A stretch of 21,661 bases of DNA from Pseudomonadota bacterium (GTDB lineage Bacteria > Bdellovibrionota > FAC87 > UBA2466): NCBI GenBank assembly GCA_043767805.1, contig JAYUGC010000174.1:1-21661 (forward strand), given 5' to 3'. Under the pieces are notes generated by a model. It saw only the letters and a list, made by a program, of their open reading frames with translations, was not told the origin of the DNA and searched no databases. Both the position numbers and the translations under genes were made by a program. Positions 18,879 through 21,661 of this stretch are shown here, one piece after another (the stretch's first letter is position 1; every line of letters starts with the position of its first letter).

Positions 18879-18934
18879 TAAAGGCTGAACCCCAAACCAC
18901 CGATAAAGGATCGACGCCACATTAGCGTCTCTAA

Positions 18935-19477
18935 ATGAAGCAACGGTTCACATACTGGTTTAGCTGGATGGTGCTCCTGGGGGTAGTGAGCTCCCACGCC
19001 AAGGCGGACAATTACCGCTCCAAACTAGGCTTTGATTTCAAGGCTTTGCGAACCCTGCACAAATCCGAAGTAGGCTGGCTCGCCGGTGGAAAGCTCGGCT
19101 GGTTCCTCGGAAAGTCCGACGCTTACGTAGGTATCGGCGCGAACTTCGGAACCCCCACCGGCGGAAACCCTTCCAGCGAGCGCATTTATAACTTGGGTTG
19201 CTACATTGGGTACGACGGTAAGTTCAACCGCACGGGCGTTTGGGAACTTTCCGTCTTCGTGGGATACGGCCAAGGCAAGCTCGCCGGCACGGAAGAGACC
19301 AGCTATTATGTCGTTGAACCGAGTTACGGAGCCGGATTCGCCCTGGGATTAGGATGGCGTCTGCTTTTTACGACGAGCTACTTACACATGTCCCGGACGA
19401 ACCATTTCTCGGGCGTCTCCTTCGGCATCCGTTTGGACCGCCGCTATGACACTACCGTTAAGCCTTTGGATCCTTAG
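18935..19477 (+). CDS. Hypothetical exported protein, probable small outer-membrane beta-barrel (180 aa)
   Basis: Signal peptide ending in SHAKA, and Gly/aromatic-rich alternating strands (YVGIGANFG, CYIGYDG, VFVGYG, VEPSYGAGF, FSGVSFGIRL). Confidence 0.75.
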   Translation: MKQRFTYWFSWMVLLGVVSSHAKADNYRSKLGFDFKALRTLHKSEVGWLAGGKLGWFLGKSDAYVGIGANFGTPTGGNPSSERIYNLGCYIGYDGKFNRTGVWELSVFVGYGQGKLAGTEETSYYVVEPSYGAGFALGLGWRLLFTTSYLHMSRTNHFSGVSFGIRLDRRYDTTVKPLDP

Positions 19478-20336
19478 AAGGCTGGTCCCTCTCGCCCTCG
19501 GTGCGGGAGGCCCCTCCACGCCTTGTCACCTGCCCGCGTCCGAGTGGCTCTCCGAGCCCGCGGTCGGCGAAGGTTTCGCGGCTAAGACTCTTCCCGCTCT
19601 CGAAGGCCCTCTCGCCAAGGAGATGCAGGCCTTTAACACCCACTTTGAAGCGCTTTACGGACAACGCACCGAACGCGCCTCCCGGGAAACCCAAACTGCC
19701 GTCACGAATTGGGTAAGCTCGCTTCCGAAGAAGCTCGATGCCGACGCCCAGGAAACTTTTTCAAGAGCCATCCGCCGCTGGGCCGGCCTCTATTTGCGGG
19801 ACACGGTTCCGCAATTAGACGTCGCTTCGAAGCGCGCCGTGAGTGACAAGTTCATTTTTCTGGAGCGCGCGTTCTCCGCGCAAAAACCGCCGCTGTCCGC
19901 CGCCTTTTGCCTGGATGCCGAGCTAGCCACGGACGCGGAAGATGCGAAGAAGACTCGCGGCGAGTTACTCGCCCTAAAAACGCAACGAGACGATCTCGTC
20001 GAATTTTCCGAAGAGCTGGAGCGCCAATACCTGCAACGGATTCGTGAGAACCCCACCGCGGGAGATCGCCTGCTTGCCTACGCCTATTTCCTTTTCTCGG
20101 TCGGCCGCGTGGAAGAGTCCGAGGAACCGCTTCGCCAATCCCGCTCGCTGACGCCGAAGCTGGAAGGCATCGGGGAGCTCGCCCAAGCCATCGGTAAAGC
20201 CAAAGGCATGGACGGAGCGGTCGATCGCGCGCGCTTCATCGGTGCCTTCACCAACGAGCGGAGGCTTGCCGCCGAAGCCAAACAGCGGGAGTCGGAACGA
20301 TATCCCTCCTCCCCAAAACCCGGGAAGCGGCCTTGA
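19446..20336 (+). CDS. Hypothetical helical protein with one TPR-like motif (296 aa; start uncertain)
   Basis: Fills the gap between the beta-barrel and kinase genes. Hydrophobic N-terminus and TPR-like segment GDRLLAYAYFLFSVGRVEESEEPLRQSRSLTP. Confidence 0.7.
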   Translation: MTLPLSLWILRRLVPLALGAGGPSTPCHLPASEWLSEPAVGEGFAAKTLPALEGPLAKEMQAFNTHFEALYGQRTERASRETQTAVTNWVSSLPKKLDADAQETFSRAIRRWAGLYLRDTVPQLDVASKRAVSDKFIFLERAFSAQKPPLSAAFCLDAELATDAEDAKKTRGELLALKTQRDDLVEFSEELERQYLQRIRENPTAGDRLLAYAYFLFSVGRVEESEEPLRQSRSLTPKLEGIGELAQAIGKAKGMDGAVDRARFIGAFTNERRLAAEAKQRESERYPSSPKPGKRP

Positions 20337-21661
20337 AGACCTTCCCTCGCTTCTTCGAGATTTCCCTCGATCTCCTCTGCATCGCGGGCGAGGACGGTTA
20401 TTTCAAGAACATCAATCCCGCTTGGTCCACCGCTTTGGGCTACACCACGGAAGAGCTTCTCGCTCGGCCCTTCATCGACTTCGTGCATCCCGACGACAAA
20501 GAGCGCACCCTGCAAGAGGCGACCAAACTTGCGCGAGGCGAAGTCGTGCGCGGTTTTCTCAATCGTTATCAAACAAAAACGGGCGAGTACCGCTGGCTGA
20601 ACTGGAACGCGATCACAAAAGAAGGCCTGATCTATTGCGTGGTCCGCGACATGACGGAAGAGATAAGGACGAAAGAGCTTCAGCTCGATCGCGAGCATCA
20701 GATTCAAAGTATCGCCGCCCATGCGCCCGGCATGCTCTACCGATTTCGGTTTTCTCCCGATGACGGCTATTCCTGCACCTTCGCGAGCCTTCGCGCGAAA
20801 GCGATTTTCGAGATCGAGAATACCGAAGTCATGCGCGATCCGAAGCTCATCACCAATCTCATCCTGGCCGAGGATCGCCCGAGTTTTGACGACGCCTTGC
20901 GATCGACCTCGACCCGGCTGACTCCCTTCCAATGGGAAGGAAGAATCCGGACGCCTTCGGGCCGGTTTAAATGGGTGCGCGCGGCTTGCGAGCCTCGCAT
21001 CCTTCCCGACAACGCCATACTTTGGGACGGGCTCGTTTGGGACATTACCCAGGAAAAAGAAGTCGACGGCCTTTTGAAACAGCAACAGGCCCAGATGGTG
21101 AACTCTTCGAAGCTCGCCTCCTTAGGTGAGATGGCGGGAGGCGTCGCCCACGAGATCAATAATCCGCTGGCCATCTTGAAAGGCTATGCGCTCCAGATCC
21201 GCACGGTGCTGGAAAACGAGCCGAAAGATTTGACGAGGGCGCTCGAGGCCACCGGCCGTATCGAGGCCACCGTTGATCGCATCGCTCGCATCGTGACCGG
21301 CCTACGCAAAGTCTCGCGCGACTCCACCGATGACATCCCGGCGCTTCATCCCGTGGCGGAGCTCATTGCCGATACCTTGTCGCTTTGTACGGAAAAATTC
21401 CGGGCGCACGGAATCGAGCTCAGCGTATCGCCCGTCGATCCCGGCTGGATGCTGAAATGCCGTCCCGTCGAGCTCTCGCAAGTTTTGCTCAACCTCTTGA
21501 ACAACGCCCATGATGCCATCGAGAAAGCCAAAGAAAAGTGGGTGAAGCTCGAAGTGGAAGAAGACGGCCCCTATCTGCAAATCGCGGTCACCGATAGCGG
21601 CAAAGGCATTCCCGCGCCGCTGAGGGAAAGAATCCTCATGCCGTTTTTCACTACTAAGCCC
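20333..21661 (+). CDS. PAS-PAS sensor histidine kinase, NtrB-type; partial, runs off the window and is absent from the ORF track
   Basis: Hand translation from TTG 20333 (TTGA overlap) is open for 443 codons: PAS (FFEISLDLLCIAGEDGYF...FVHPDD...GEYRWL), second PAS, H-box KLASLGEMAGGVAHEINNPL, N-box QVLLNLLNNAHDA, G1 DSGKGIP and F-box PFFTTK. Confidence 0.95.
   Translation, partial: MKTFPRFFEISLDLLCIAGEDGYFKNINPAWSTALGYTTEELLARPFIDFVHPDDKERTLQEATKLARGEVVRGFLNRYQTKTGEYRWLNWNAITKEGLIYCVVRDMTEEIRTKELQLDREHQIQSIAAHAPGMLYRFRFSPDDGYSCTFASLRAKAIFEIENTEVMRDPKLITNLILAEDRPSFDDALRSTSTRLTPFQWEGRIRTPSGRFKWVRAACEPRILPDNAILWDGLVWDITQEKEVDGLLKQQQAQMVNSSKLASLGEMAGGVAHEINNPLAILKGYALQIRTVLENEPKDLTRALEATGRIEATVDRIARIVTGLRKVSRDSTDDIPALHPVAELIADTLSLCTEKFRAHGIELSVSPVDPGWMLKCRPVELSQVLLNLLNNAHDAIEKAKEKWVKLEVEEDGPYLQIAVTDSGKGIPAPLRERILMPFFTTKP

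Noticed and set aside
20084..21085. 333-aa minus-strand ORF
   Set aside because: Antisense shadow of the histidine kinase, which the track missed because it has no stop inside the window.

Overview
A gene-dense bacterial chromosomal window with about 22 CDSs, moderately GC-rich. The gene content (secreted low-complexity proteins, a small Cys-rich lipoprotein, an NtrB-type PAS kinase) suggests a Bdellovibrionota/Oligoflexia or deltaproteobacterial genome, which is inference only. I found no rRNA, tRNA, CRISPR array, IS element or prophage. Gene order: DUF924 protein, alpha/beta hydrolase, a small ORF missed by the ORF track, dusC, Rep/UvrD helicase, a moxR-DUF58-transglutaminase-prfC cluster, lipoprotein, FAH-family hydrolase, GT4 glycosyltransferase, GNAT, large secreted protein, exported Ntn hydrolase, FAD oxidoreductase plus GNAT, cupin, bolA, beta-barrel protein, TPR protein, and a PAS-PAS histidine kinase running off the right edge (also missed by the track). 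Main observations: (1) two genes carry an in-frame TAA shortly before what looks like their natural end, each repairable by TAA->TTA, and a third gene seems to overrun its end; (2) six operon-leading genes have a -10-like hexamer 6-7 nt before the start codon and no usable SD, suggesting leaderless mRNAs; (3) there are candidate sigma54 and sigma28 promoters and operator-like palindromes. I cannot demonstrate a wholly new system from the sequence alone.
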